Counted from the first letter of the stretch, positions 11,101 through 20,903 are shown. The stretch is 64,000 nucleotides of DNA from a virus (IMGVR_UViG_3300033802_000250); one strand, 5' to 3'. The notes: generated by a model not told the origin, from the letters alone. A program made the numbers and translations.

Positions 11101-11673
11101 CACAACAACGGCATCGTGGCGCTGGTTGAAGGTGAAGGGATTGACATCAACACCAACGCTGAAGGCACCGCAACGGTACGCAACACCGGTGTACTTTCGT
11201 GGAACGGCCAGACCGGAAATATCAACTACACGCCGCCGGAACCGCCGAAAGCACAGCGCGGTGTGGTAACAACCATTGAGTTCTTTGGCACTGGCGAACG
11301 ATACGGTTCATGGATTCGGGCTCAAAGCCTGTCAACATGCTTCTATTGTTGGGCCGTCAAAGAGCCATCAATGAAATGGTTCAATATATTGGTTGAATGT
11401 GGTGTCGATAATCCCGGGAGCCAATTCGAGGCTGTTCTCTATACTGGCGATTCTGAAAATATCTTGGATAGATGGACAGTACGTACGGTGCGTGCGGGTA
11501 TGGTAGGCGAAGAAGTGCTTCTGCGATGCCGCATTGACCATATCCCCGATTGGTATCTGACTGGTGTACACGTCGGAATGAGAAATCATGAAGGTGGCGG
11601 ATACGGCTACATGCGGATTGATCGTGCGTGGGTATCCATCGACATCGGACAACACTCCGACTACCAAATCTGA
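8155..11673 (+). CDS. Long tail fibre / receptor-binding protein
   Basis: N-terminal coiled coil, a beta-sandwich (VYLNG...GWNTIQF), about 20 G-x-GI-x-V...I-x-N(TG) repeats and a distinct C-terminal domain. RBS AGGAGGTG. Confidence 0.75.
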   Translation: MSQITQNADGTYTKSYSDAEIALIKQLHTEMLNRQDADNQLFLKITSLENRVDVLEGERFSLSDLQNAINANTMKIEANERRIKQLEDAVIVDAYSKTQMDAYMIPWKVEEINRVFDTPTNEMFDEANLTDIKVGYKHFLNADINEPYGFHVLPNTMRRYTIIAYTPTPTRVTFGIFYADRCVVYLNGVEKATYQEDGGNFGKTQKVLQLDLQTGWNTIQFLLANQTQEGGLVVNSDLVSKVSVLSSVAPMAGRFTGDQIQAGTLDERHFSENMDITLKKIHATTTSEPAGVFGDPDRMGAIQIGDGVISKSKDEPFVVGGDLKVDGYIRDKDGNILDGGGGRGLTTADREKLDSIEWGAEVNQNAFSYVKLVDLPATEENPFQNVINAIFKMDTLRIRGDLGITFDIETVIENGEERQQMVIKNSPTEFKEHLFISEADQDTFSIDPSEGKFQLGRGTVQVYIEGIRQSYANFYEVDEWTIRLREKVPEGLKVLVVWQEGSPQFAKETIVSLANIPIASRTQDGLMSRFHVEDLYDHKHSISDLTDLKVFKGIEIDDGETKHRIDADGLNDIRLRAGVNIKLERLNDVVRISSLGPEITAGRGIHVGGSPETGYQITNTQRLEATRGLVLEHIEGIDVLKGPVFVEGKGIDVQVIDDVTYKILNNMSLTSLGGIEVTGNAEEGYIIKNSMLIEDDPEGGIEVSGDPVRGYRITNRMNLTADGIIVEGDARKGYHLKNALDIQTNGGLRVIGDPAYGITIENIMKLIEAGGIEITGNPSDGYRIKNALSLQASADGCVVVTGSAATGYTLTGRWPSITSGTGIAVDSMGDGKYLVKNTGVTSYNGQTGEVTGVGSLNKVAEGRGTRVVHHGNGDYVVHNTGVVELIDDGIGGGIDVQDMGNQVWKIKNTGIIKNIQGEGISVVTNSQGESTISNTGVRKIFSGPGIFLSGSTGEVTITNTGVHRVMQGRGIIVTQSGNDVTIHNNGIVALVEGEGIDINTNAEGTATVRNTGVLSWNGQTGNINYTPPEPPKAQRGVVTTIEFFGTGERYGSWIRAQSLSTCFYCWAVKEPSMKWFNILVECGVDNPGSQFEAVLYTGDSENILDRWTVRTVRAGMVGEEVLLRCRIDHIPDWYLTGVHVGMRNHEGGGYGYMRIDRAWVSIDIGQHSDYQI
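9860..11230 (+). repeat. Coding tandem repeats of about 22-27 aa in the fibre shaft
   Basis: Examples: GGIEVTGNAEEGYIIKN, GGIEVSGDPVRGYRITN, GGIEITGNPSDGYRIKN, followed by NTGV-type units. Confidence 0.85.
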
Positions 11674-11685
11674 GGAGGGCTGTAG

Positions 11686-12165
11686 ATGAAGAAAATCCTG
11701 CTCGCCCTGCAAGGCAAACGAGTCGTTGCCATTAAGACCGTGGAGTCGGAAGACGGCAATTTTGATTGGGTGGAATCCGTGTACCCGGACACGGATTCCC
11801 GTACATACAAATTGATCGACTTCGACGAGGAGCGACTTGCGCTGGCGAAGACTCCATTCAGCTACTACGACGAACGAAACAAGGAAGTCAAGTTGATGAA
11901 AAAGGTCAAAGCCAGTGTGGACAAGACCTCCATCGAAAACGACGGCGTGGACTACGCAACGTACACGCTGAAAACGAATGAGCCGATGGAGATTATCGTC
12001 CAACAAGAAATCGGCGGCAACAAAGAGAGCATCACGCTTTCGCAAGTCCCGGACGGCGACGGATATATCAGGCTGGAGATCGACTCCAATGCCCTCGGTA
12101 CAATCCGCATTTCAGCCGTCGGCGATACCAAATACGCCGAGACGCTGGAAATCAGCGTGGTATAG
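11686..12165 (+). CDS. Fibre-associated protein (possible assembly chaperone, Ig-like C-terminus)
   Basis: Directly follows the fibre. Ig-like pattern ASVDKTSIENDGVDYAT. Strong RBS. Confidence 0.45.
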   Translation: MKKILLALQGKRVVAIKTVESEDGNFDWVESVYPDTDSRTYKLIDFDEERLALAKTPFSYYDERNKEVKLMKKVKASVDKTSIENDGVDYATYTLKTNEPMEIIVQQEIGGNKESITLSQVPDGDGYIRLEIDSNALGTIRISAVGDTKYAETLEISVV

Positions 12166-12176
12166 GAGGGGTTTCC

Positions 12177-12344
12177 ATGCAACTCACATTCGATCAGGCA
12201 CGAAATCGGGTCAGCATCCGGCTGGAGGATCAGGATCTTCCACACGTCGCGGTGGAGGAACTGAAAAAGGAGCGGGCCAAACGCGAGCGACTGGAGTCGC
12301 AAATGGCTCTTGTCCTCGAAAAGCTCGGGATGAGGGAGGCGTAA
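12177..12344 (+). CDS. Small coiled-coil protein (55 aa, not in the ORF track)
   Basis: AGGAGGG RBS, ATG at 12177, MQLTFDQARNRVSIRLEDQDLPHVAVEELKKERAKRERLESQMALVLEKLGMREA*. Fills the gap exactly. Confidence 0.75.
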   Translation: MQLTFDQARNRVSIRLEDQDLPHVAVEELKKERAKRERLESQMALVLEKLGMREA

Positions 12345-12347
12345 TCT

Positions 12348-12746
12348 ATGAGCGAAGTTCAGAGAACATCGTATCCCATGCTGGTCGGTGTCGTGGATGA
12401 GGCTGAAGTCAGACGCCTTGGAAACCTCATCAACGACCTCCGTACTGAAATTGAAGCGATTCGCGCCGACGTGGTTCCGATTGCGGTAGCCAATCTCATC
12501 AGCAACCCTCAGTTCTTCGAGCTTAAAGAGAACCTGAGACTGTTTGCTGAAAGATATGGTATATTGGTAAAAGATATGGATCTCAACGTGAATCCTATCT
12601 TTTCCGCCCTCGAAACTCGCATGGATCAAGCCGAAACGCAAATCATCGACGCGCTGACCCGTATCCAAGTGCTGACGGATCAACAGAATGGGTTCCATCA
12701 GCGTTTGCGTGCCATCGAGCAACAGTTGGGCATACCAACTCCGTGA
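12348..12746 (+). CDS. Coiled-coil hypothetical protein
   Basis: GGGAGG RBS and heptad pattern. Confidence 0.7.
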   Translation: MSEVQRTSYPMLVGVVDEAEVRRLGNLINDLRTEIEAIRADVVPIAVANLISNPQFFELKENLRLFAERYGILVKDMDLNVNPIFSALETRMDQAETQIIDALTRIQVLTDQQNGFHQRLRAIEQQLGIPTP

Positions 12747-12757
12747 GGTGAATAGGC

Positions 12758-14998
12758 GTGAAGACTTTGCAACAATCTACGGCGAGCCTCGACGAGACTC
12801 GCCGTAACGTGCTATATAACCTGTTGAAAGACCGGTACAGCGACCGGGATGACATCACCGAGGAGTTCATCCAGCAAGAGATGAACTTCTATTTGGAGCA
12901 GATGCAAAATGGCACCCCGATCCTCCAGCCAAGAAAACAAGAGGGGCTCACTGACGCCAATAAAATCAATGAGGAGATGCAAGAGGCCGAGATCGACATC
13001 TATACGGTTTTCAGCCAACTGAACCATGTCAGTCAGCGTATCGAACAGCACCAAAAGCTGAATGAGTCGATTCTGAACGACATCAAGCTGAAAATCCGCA
13101 AGGCCGACGAAAAACTGGTCGCCTACAATCAAGTGTTGACCGATCTCGCGGCGCACGCCGTCGTGTACGAAACTTTCCTCGATTACAACAGTCTGGAGAA
13201 GGATCAGAAGTTCTACACGGATCGTGACGGCACACCGGTTGCGCCCGGCTATCAATTGAAGCTCGACGTGTACAAAAATGCGCTCAAGCTTCCGGTCGCC
13301 TACAGCGAAAATACACTGGTTAATTTCTCGGGTCTCAAGATCGCCAACATTCGGATCACGAAACAGCTTGGCGGCGGATTTATTCGCACGCGAAACCCGG
13401 AGCATACCGTAGACAAAGCCATCGACACGTCAATGGAGACGTTCTGGAACGAATGCATTCTGACGGACGCGCCGCTGGAAGTTGATCTCGGGCTGGAATA
13501 CTACGGTGTTAATTTCGGGGCCGTTTGCGAACTTGAGATCGTCTTCGATTACATCACGCGGCTGAACGAAATCACGCTGACGCCATTTACGGAATATCCG
13601 ATTGAGGTCGTTGCTATTTGGGGATACTCCTCGGATAACGAAAGTGAACCGCCGTTCGAGATCGTGAGTCCGGTCGCTAAACTGAAGAATCAGGAGTCTA
13701 CCGACATCATTTCTTACCAATTCCAAGACATCACCTGCAAACGGCTGAAGATCATCCTCAACCAGAAGCACTATGTCAAACGTGACATTGTCATAGAGTT
13801 GGAGGAAAAGACGCTGACGGATGCATGGCTGAAGGCACAAGGCCATGTGGAGATCGACGACAACAAGATCTTCAAGGCGGTCTACAAAGATCAGTTCGAG
13901 CAAAACCCAAACTGGTTTTACCTCAACGAGTTCCTGAAGAAGCGAAACATCATCGACGAGGTGCAGAAGTTCACCACGAGTCGGGAGCCGGAGAAAATAC
14001 AGGTCTCCAAATACGAGTATCAATACGGCCTGTACAACCTCGCCGTCAACCGCAACGAATATCAGCACATGGGAATATACGTCACGAAACCGATGACGCA
14101 CAACAACATTCATGTGGTGACACTGGAGGCAGAGGAGGAGCATCCGACACTAATGGAAATCGGCCTGCCGGTGACAAACATCGAATACTACATCACTGAC
14201 AGCGAGACCCCCGGGCCGGACGACTGGATTCCGATCATGCCAAAGAACATCAAGGAGATTACGTCGGAGCGGCTGTTCTTCAAATTTGAGGATGGTAAGT
14301 ACAAGGCTTACACCCGATTCGATGTGGACAAAATCATCGCTGTGCGTCGCAACGGCAACCGGTTGCTTCCGTCTATTGACTACGAAACGACAGGCCGAAC
14401 GATTATCCTGCACAACTACGATCTGTCGTCGGTTTATACGTTGGACTACAAGCCGGAGGCAAATGCTTATGCCGTTGACTTTCTTCAGCGATACACGGAC
14501 ATCAATGGCGTTATCCACACGAAAACGCAGATTGACCAGTTCACCGGGCTCCAGAAGGGCAACGAGGTGGAGCTTACGTACTATCCGTTTGTGGACAAGG
14601 AGCGTCTGAATCGCCAGCCGCTCGATTGGAATCCGACGTATCTGTCCAACGAGTACATGCCTATCAAGGTGTGGCTCATTCTGCCGGACGGCCAGCACAT
14701 CACTCAGCCCGCTGACAAATATGACGACGTAGCCATCCTTGTCAACAAAACGGATTACTTCAATCCGAACGTCAGCCTGCTGGAGCCGTTCACGGGTGAA
14801 AACTATCAATACCGCGTGGTCAACAACAAGATCAAGTTCAACACATCGTTGCCGGAGGGCACCCGGGTTGTGGTCGAATATCCATACCTGACAGGGCCGA
14901 TTCGGATGAAGACGATCATGCGGCGCAATCTGCATGAAATGGACGGGCTGACGCCTTTCTTGCACGAGTATAAAGTCGTGTTCCAATCTTTGCTGTAG
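12758..14998 (+). CDS. Baseplate/virion structural protein, paralog family member 1
   Basis: N-terminal coiled coil. Motifs YxxGL...YVTKP, IEYYI...W and C-terminal TPxLxxY are shared with the next genes. Confidence 0.6.
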   Translation: MKTLQQSTASLDETRRNVLYNLLKDRYSDRDDITEEFIQQEMNFYLEQMQNGTPILQPRKQEGLTDANKINEEMQEAEIDIYTVFSQLNHVSQRIEQHQKLNESILNDIKLKIRKADEKLVAYNQVLTDLAAHAVVYETFLDYNSLEKDQKFYTDRDGTPVAPGYQLKLDVYKNALKLPVAYSENTLVNFSGLKIANIRITKQLGGGFIRTRNPEHTVDKAIDTSMETFWNECILTDAPLEVDLGLEYYGVNFGAVCELEIVFDYITRLNEITLTPFTEYPIEVVAIWGYSSDNESEPPFEIVSPVAKLKNQESTDIISYQFQDITCKRLKIILNQKHYVKRDIVIELEEKTLTDAWLKAQGHVEIDDNKIFKAVYKDQFEQNPNWFYLNEFLKKRNIIDEVQKFTTSREPEKIQVSKYEYQYGLYNLAVNRNEYQHMGIYVTKPMTHNNIHVVTLEAEEEHPTLMEIGLPVTNIEYYITDSETPGPDDWIPIMPKNIKEITSERLFFKFEDGKYKAYTRFDVDKIIAVRRNGNRLLPSIDYETTGRTIILHNYDLSSVYTLDYKPEANAYAVDFLQRYTDINGVIHTKTQIDQFTGLQKGNEVELTYYPFVDKERLNRQPLDWNPTYLSNEYMPIKVWLILPDGQHITQPADKYDDVAILVNKTDYFNPNVSLLEPFTGENYQYRVVNNKIKFNTSLPEGTRVVVEYPYLTGPIRMKTIMRRNLHEMDGLTPFLHEYKVVFQSLL

Positions 14999-15009
14999 GG
15001 GGGAGCAAT

Positions 15010-16776
15010 ATGGCGAATCCGTTGCAGATCAAAACCCGTATCGAGGTCGTCAAAGAGCGGATGGCGTCCATTCTGCGCAAACTGGCGACGGAATACAACA
15101 GTGGCGTCATCAAGTCGCCAGCCGAATTACACCATCGGGTTTATCGGGAACTGGAGGCTTTCTACAACTCCATCGGCAAGAACACATTCAAGCCGATCAA
15201 GGCGTGGGGGCCGCCGTATTCCGACGACCACAACACGATGGTTCGCCAGTTGCGTGACGACTTCCTGACGCTATATCAAGAAGTCATTTACATGACCGAA
15301 GATCTGAAAAAGAACTTTGAGCAGGTAGAACTGGAGCGGCAATCGTTCCTTGATCGGCTGGCGAGGGTCGAAAGCCTTGTGAAAAGCATCGACCTGAACA
15401 TTCGCGAAGCGGATTATACGGTGGTTTTCCGGGATAACTTCGTGGACTATGAGCATTACCGAAAGAATGCAACGGAGCTTACGGCGGCCAACCTGTCTGC
15501 CGATGAGGGTCTCTTGACGCTGGCGCTGGTAGACAGCGAGCGATTCAACGAATACGCGACGATCACGATCATCGAAGGCAACGGATTCCCGGGAAACACG
15601 CACATTGTTCGTTCGGTCGGCGGCACCCTGAAGTTCGAGGGCCAAGAATCCTTACACATCAATCTTGCGGACATCCTCGATGGCAATTCGGACACATGGT
15701 TCGAGTATGAGTTGTTTGAACTTACCGACAGCACGCGGCGGATTACGCAAGGGATGGATTTTGAATACAAGGAGGCTATCGAATGGATCACGTCGGAGCA
15801 TGACGGGTTGCGATGCGTGTTCCAGATTGACCTGCCGAAACCGAAGACTATCAACTGGCTGTCACTGTCGCCGTTCATTCCGTCCGACAAGGGCTCATCG
15901 CCCGCTGTGATTGAGAAAATCATGGTGACGGACGACAAAGGCAATGTCAGCAGTATGGGCTTTGGCGAATCGTTTGACGGAGCCAAAGGCTATCTGTTTC
16001 CGCGCCAAAAGTGCCGGACGATCACCATTTATCTGCGTCAACCGGTCGCTTACGAGACGACCGTTGGTCACTTCTACTTCAAGCAGGTCAACAAGAGCGA
16101 TGTGACCGCGCTCAACCAACGCATCGAACCGGACGGTATTCGCATTCACGGGCCGGTGCCGTCGGTGAAAAACCTCGGCGTCACCTACGATACCGGGAAA
16201 CAACAAATCTTGTATCCGGTCGCGGCGTATGGTGATAAAATAAAAGATGAGGACGAGAAGAAGCGCAACCTGTTCGATATTCCTGCGACGCCAAGCAATG
16301 TACAGGCCGGATTGGAGCAGGTATCCGCTTATCGGTATGTGATCGGGCTAAGGGATGTGTCGCTCGCCAGCTACATGTTTGAGCCAGAGAGTGAATACGT
16401 ATCGGAGCCGTTCTATTCATCAACGCCCATCAAGGCTATCGAGCTTGATGTTGATGTAGATATTCCGGCGCAATTCCCGCAAGATCAGGATTGGCTGGAG
16501 TATTATATTTCCGTGGATGACGGCCAAAACTGGCATCGTATTTACCCGCGCAACGTGTACAAAGCGCAGGCGAAAACGAAGTACCTGTTCAATTCCGGGA
16601 TGCAAAAAAGCGGACGGATTGATGAGATCGGCTACATCGAATCGCTGACCGAGATTCATCAGGTACAACTCAAGATCATCCTGAAGCGGCCCGAAGACAT
16701 CAAAGATGCCGAGTATTACACGCCAATCGTTTACGGTTACGAGCTTCATGCTCTGACCGCAGAGGAGTTGATCTGA
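15010..16776 (+). CDS. Baseplate/virion structural protein, paralog family member 2
   Basis: YVIGLRDV...YVSEP, LEYYISVDDGQNW, YTPIVYGY. Confidence 0.6.
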   Translation: MANPLQIKTRIEVVKERMASILRKLATEYNSGVIKSPAELHHRVYRELEAFYNSIGKNTFKPIKAWGPPYSDDHNTMVRQLRDDFLTLYQEVIYMTEDLKKNFEQVELERQSFLDRLARVESLVKSIDLNIREADYTVVFRDNFVDYEHYRKNATELTAANLSADEGLLTLALVDSERFNEYATITIIEGNGFPGNTHIVRSVGGTLKFEGQESLHINLADILDGNSDTWFEYELFELTDSTRRITQGMDFEYKEAIEWITSEHDGLRCVFQIDLPKPKTINWLSLSPFIPSDKGSSPAVIEKIMVTDDKGNVSSMGFGESFDGAKGYLFPRQKCRTITIYLRQPVAYETTVGHFYFKQVNKSDVTALNQRIEPDGIRIHGPVPSVKNLGVTYDTGKQQILYPVAAYGDKIKDEDEKKRNLFDIPATPSNVQAGLEQVSAYRYVIGLRDVSLASYMFEPESEYVSEPFYSSTPIKAIELDVDVDIPAQFPQDQDWLEYYISVDDGQNWHRIYPRNVYKAQAKTKYLFNSGMQKSGRIDEIGYIESLTEIHQVQLKIILKRPEDIKDAEYYTPIVYGYELHALTAEELI

Positions 16777-18767
16777 TGGGTATCAAGGAGACTCAGGAGG
16801 ATCTGATTCGGCAAAAGCTCATTCTGGAAGAACTGCGACAGGGCCAGTTTCCAAGCTTATCTGCCATTGAGGAAAAGCTTGCGAGGATTGTAGAAACGCG
16901 GCGGTTGGGATTGCCGCGTTTTACATACCGGCCTATGAACAAAGGCAAAGCGTCAGACACGGACGCCTACAATGCGATGTTCGCCGAAGCAGAAGACGAC
17001 CTCATCACATCTTTCGAGGAAGTCCGGCGGCTGAACAATCGCATTATGGCGCTGTCCAATTACTATGAGTCGAATCGGATCCGCATCGACCGGGAACTGA
17101 AACGCATTGAGTTGAAAACGGAGACGTTGCTTCATCGAAGTCGGTCGCATTTGAACCGCGACGTGCTGTCCGACAACATCAATGATTTCTCCAAGGTCGA
17201 GTTCAAGGGCGACACGGTGCGCAATCTTCCGAGGACGACGGCATTTGTCGATCTGCGGCACAGCGAAGTCCACCTCGATAAAGTCGCACAGCAGACGACA
17301 AAGCACGATCTTTCATCGGCTCGCGTGAGCTTCAAGACACTGACAGATGGTGCCCGCGTCGTTCACTTATCCCCAATACGTGGATGTCTTGTGGATAATT
17401 TGAACGAAGCATGGCGGTCGATCATTCTGTCCCCTGAAGCGAGCGGCGCAATCGGAGAGCTTACAATTTCGCTGGATGCGCCGTTGTACGCTACCAATAT
17501 CAGCATTGATGCACAATGCGGCAGGCCGATGTTGGTGACGCTGTATTTGTCCACAGATGGGGATAACTTTGTGGAATATGAGACGCGCCGGGTTGTATCC
17601 AGTTACCAATGGGTATTTGACCGCACCGCGTTTCAACACATCCGCTTCCGTATGGAAAAGGGTGAGGAAGACAGCATGGATGCGTCGGAGTACGGATATA
17701 TTTTCGGGGCCAAGAGCATCGAGGTACGTGAGGAGCAATATCTGAGCGAAGGGTACTTTGTTTCCAAGCCGTATCCGATCCATCATCACGAGGCCATCGA
17801 CTATATTCATTTGGAGGCCGACGATTATATTCCACCCGGAACGAATATACGGTATTATGTAGGTATGGACTATGGTGACAATGTCATCGAATGGCATGAG
17901 ATCGAAAAGAACCGACCCGTCGAAATGAAGATGGTACAAGCCTACCGGATGGAGATTGACTCTTATGTCGATGGGTATGGCGACCAGCTTTATACAAAGT
18001 TCGGCCACAATTATTACCGGATTGCCAAACTTCCTTTCAAGCCGCTCACCAAAAGCATTCAATTGCTGATGGGGCGTCATATGTGGCTGAAGGAGACGAT
18101 CCCGGCGGAAGTATCGAACCCGGAAGACGGATCGGTTTACCAAACAAGCATCCGGGATTGGATCCGGGCAGGAAGCGCGAGCAAGGAATACATGAACATC
18201 GACAACTATCAGGACATTTTGGCGAAGGATACGTTCCAACGATACACGACCTACGTCTACCTTGAGGAGTCGCTGAGGTACAACGCCGACGTTCATGTCG
18301 ATGCCGACGCTTCACTCGCGATCCTTGTAAACAACAACCAAGTCAAGTCTGTGAACAACATCTACCAACTGCCGTTTCGACCGGGATGGAACAAAATTGA
18401 GGTGCTGACATACTCCCGCAAGGAAGCACAGGAAATCATCTTCAATCTGTATCTGCGGGAAATCAGCGACCGAATCTATGCAAACAATCAGTCGCTTCAA
18501 GAGGTTTCTCTGTACGATCTGCTCAACAATACCAGCATTCGGCTTCACAACCGGTTTGCGGTTGATGATGATTGGAATATTATCGTCAACTACAATCCTA
18601 AAGAAATGGACATCCGGCGGCATGGGGTCGAATATTCGCTGACGTACAATTACAGCGTTTCTCCGCAGACGAATCACCAGTTGCGCTTTATGGCGATCTT
18701 GTCGAAGGAGGATCCGAATAGTTCGGCCTCCCCGCGCCTGAAAGATTACAAGCTGGTGATCGAATAG
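16776..18767 (+). CDS. Baseplate/virion structural protein, paralog family member 3
   Basis: YIFGAKSI...FVSKP, IRYYVG...W, SPRLKDY. Start overlaps the previous stop (TGATG). Confidence 0.6.
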   Translation: MGIKETQEDLIRQKLILEELRQGQFPSLSAIEEKLARIVETRRLGLPRFTYRPMNKGKASDTDAYNAMFAEAEDDLITSFEEVRRLNNRIMALSNYYESNRIRIDRELKRIELKTETLLHRSRSHLNRDVLSDNINDFSKVEFKGDTVRNLPRTTAFVDLRHSEVHLDKVAQQTTKHDLSSARVSFKTLTDGARVVHLSPIRGCLVDNLNEAWRSIILSPEASGAIGELTISLDAPLYATNISIDAQCGRPMLVTLYLSTDGDNFVEYETRRVVSSYQWVFDRTAFQHIRFRMEKGEEDSMDASEYGYIFGAKSIEVREEQYLSEGYFVSKPYPIHHHEAIDYIHLEADDYIPPGTNIRYYVGMDYGDNVIEWHEIEKNRPVEMKMVQAYRMEIDSYVDGYGDQLYTKFGHNYYRIAKLPFKPLTKSIQLLMGRHMWLKETIPAEVSNPEDGSVYQTSIRDWIRAGSASKEYMNIDNYQDILAKDTFQRYTTYVYLEESLRYNADVHVDADASLAILVNNNQVKSVNNIYQLPFRPGWNKIEVLTYSRKEAQEIIFNLYLREISDRIYANNQSLQEVSLYDLLNNTSIRLHNRFAVDDDWNIIVNYNPKEMDIRRHGVEYSLTYNYSVSPQTNHQLRFMAILSKEDPNSSASPRLKDYKLVIE

Positions 18768-18785
18768 CGGGCGGGAGGTTAAGCC

Positions 18786-19031
18786 ATGCGATACCCTGAA
18801 ATGGTCAAAACCAACGCCCGCTATCGGGGGCCGATGGAAAGCGCTAAGCAATCCGGTCAGGCTCTTGATATCGGGCACTCTATCGAAATCCTCAAAGCCG
18901 AGTTCGCTGACCGCGCGGCCAACATCCGGTCGCTGATGGGTAAGGTTATTGAGGAGTACGACAACGCTATTCCGCTTACCACTAAGCAGGTGATGAACCA
19001 AGTGAAGACCATGAAAGGAGGTGAACTATGA
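18786..19031 (+). CDS. Small virion protein with RYRGPMES motif
   Basis: GGGAGG RBS. N-terminus resembles that of the next gene (RFRDSAES). Confidence 0.6.
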   Translation: MRYPEMVKTNARYRGPMESAKQSGQALDIGHSIEILKAEFADRAANIRSLMGKVIEEYDNAIPLTTKQVMNQVKTMKGGEL

Positions 19032-20227
19032 TGTCAAAAGCCCCTCAGTACCAACAGCACACTGTCCGTTTTCGTGACTCTGCTGAGTCCAGCAGGTTCA
19101 ACAGCCACACGCAAAGCGTTTTTTACGATCTCACGGAATTGTTCAACATCGCCAACGAGCAGGAACGGGAGATCCAGCGTATTCGTGAGTTCTTTGAAGT
19201 CGGATCCCACTTTGCGCAGGATCAAATGGATCAAATGCGCAATCTGGTGAGGTCGCTTCAAGAAGACCTTTATGCCGCACAGAGGCCGGGCGAAGTCTAC
19301 ACCAAGACGTTATTCGTCACGGACATACGCGCGGATGAGTCTGTTCCCGAATACGAGCGGGCCTTTGTTGACGCCCAACATGACATCGTAACACTTCCCG
19401 CTTCGGATCGTTCAGGTTCCAAGCTTTACATTTATGACGATGTCAATCGTGAGTACATCGTGCCAAACACGCTGAAATATTCGATCACCCCGGAGGCGAA
19501 CGGATTCGACATTCAGGAGAATGACTTCATCAACGCGCTGACGCCGGACGAGTTTAAGTTCTGGCATCGCAAGTATGTGTACTTCTCCGGCCTCAAGAAC
19601 GAGGTGGAATGTCAAATCACGATTACCTTGCCGGATAACATCATCTCTAGCCGCGATGTGAACACGATATACATACATCCATTCCCGCTCCGTGCGGTGG
19701 ACATTCGCAACGTCGAATACCACCTGAACGGCGGGTGGAAGACGGTTCCGGGCTTTACTCCGATTGATGATGCGGGCAACGTCAAGTTGTGCTTCAGCCC
19801 GACCGCCATGAAAGAAATCCGCATCACGCTTCGTCAACGGCACGCTATCCAGAAAGGCAACAAAACCGTGTTCCATATGGGGCTTCGAGAGATTGGCGTG
19901 TTCTATCACGATTACCAGTCCGGCATTGGGCGGTTTGAAATTCCGGTGGAGTTCAACCCTGCGTTCATCAACAAAGAGATCGTGGGGATCAATCCGATAT
20001 ACCAAAACGAAACGGCATTGTCGGTTCACCAAACGGGTACGAGGCTTTTGACATTCAAGGTCTATGAGGTCGATGAGAATGGAAAGCTCCATTACCTCAA
20101 CGACACCTTCCCGATCCAAGTCAAGAGGAACAAGGTTCTGCTCAAGGGTATCATGAGTATCGACCGAAATACACGAGCAACCCCAACACTCTCTGCTGTC
20201 GAGTTGCTGTATAAAGGCGATTCGTAG
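19028..20227 (+). CDS. Baseplate/virion structural protein, paralog family member 4
   Basis: FHMGLREIGV and C-terminal TPTLSAV. RBS AAAGGAGGTG. Confidence 0.6.
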   Translation: MMSKAPQYQQHTVRFRDSAESSRFNSHTQSVFYDLTELFNIANEQEREIQRIREFFEVGSHFAQDQMDQMRNLVRSLQEDLYAAQRPGEVYTKTLFVTDIRADESVPEYERAFVDAQHDIVTLPASDRSGSKLYIYDDVNREYIVPNTLKYSITPEANGFDIQENDFINALTPDEFKFWHRKYVYFSGLKNEVECQITITLPDNIISSRDVNTIYIHPFPLRAVDIRNVEYHLNGGWKTVPGFTPIDDAGNVKLCFSPTAMKEIRITLRQRHAIQKGNKTVFHMGLREIGVFYHDYQSGIGRFEIPVEFNPAFINKEIVGINPIYQNETALSVHQTGTRLLTFKVYEVDENGKLHYLNDTFPIQVKRNKVLLKGIMSIDRNTRATPTLSAVELLYKGDS

Positions 20228-20251
20228 TTTACCGTAGAGGGGGTTATCCCC

Positions 20252-20650
20252 ATGCATCGTTTGAAACGATGGCTCCAGCCATTCTTGGACAATGTCAAAG
20301 TGATCGAAACATCGCTTATCGCATTGTCCTTGTGGTGGGCATTCATTCTTGTCCTGCCGCTGACGACATTCGACTCCAGCCCCTCTTATGCGGCGATGGC
20401 GAAAATTGCAAAAGAGGAGGTGTGGTCACTCGTCTTCTTCGTACTCGCGGCTATGAAGTTGTACGGCATGATCTTCGAGAAATTTCGCATCAGAATTGTA
20501 GCACACAGTATCTCAGCGGGACTTTGGTTGTTCGTCGCCGCCATGTTTGCAGTAGGAAACATTGCGACAACCGCGACGGGCACGTACTTCATTGTGTTTT
20601 GCCTGACATCCTACGTGTGCTATAAAGTAGGTGAGCAACGTGGCGACTGA
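20252..20650 (+). CDS. Four-TM membrane protein (holin-like)
   Basis: Four hydrophobic segments, located at the end of the structural operon. Confidence 0.5.
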   Translation: MHRLKRWLQPFLDNVKVIETSLIALSLWWAFILVLPLTTFDSSPSYAAMAKIAKEEVWSLVFFVLAAMKLYGMIFEKFRIRIVAHSISAGLWLFVAAMFAVGNIATTATGTYFIVFCLTSYVCYKVGEQRGD

Positions 20651-20903
20651 AGTAATCGTTGCTCTCATTGGCGGCGTAGGAACAATTGCTGGTGCGGTTC
20701 TCGGTTTTCTCGGCACTCGCAAAGGCTCTCTGGCGAAGGCCGAAAAAGACTTCCGGGACACGATCATCAAGGAGAACAAAGAACTCCGCAATCGTGTTGA
20801 CGAACTGGAAGACGAACTCATGGCGGCCAACCGCAGGTTGCTGAAGATCGAAGCGATTTGTATCAAAGCCGGGCTGGTGATCGACGATGAAGAAGAAGAA
20901 TAA
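20631..20903 (+). CDS. Single-TM plus coiled-coil protein (holin-like)
   Basis: N-terminal Gly-rich TM helix followed by a charged coiled coil. Confidence 0.5.
   Translation: MSNVATEVIVALIGGVGTIAGAVLGFLGTRKGSLAKAEKDFRDTIIKENKELRNRVDELEDELMAANRRLLKIEAICIKAGLVIDDEEEE

Noticed and set aside
11230-11673. Possible DGR variable region or shufflon at the fibre tip
   Set aside because: No reverse transcriptase, template repeat, invertase or crossover repeats were seen in the window.
1-20227. Contractile injection system or tailocin instead of a phage
   Set aside because: The structural genes are linked to a full replication, sigma and nucleotide-metabolism set. Capsid and terminase are simply not in this window, so the phage call remains an inference.
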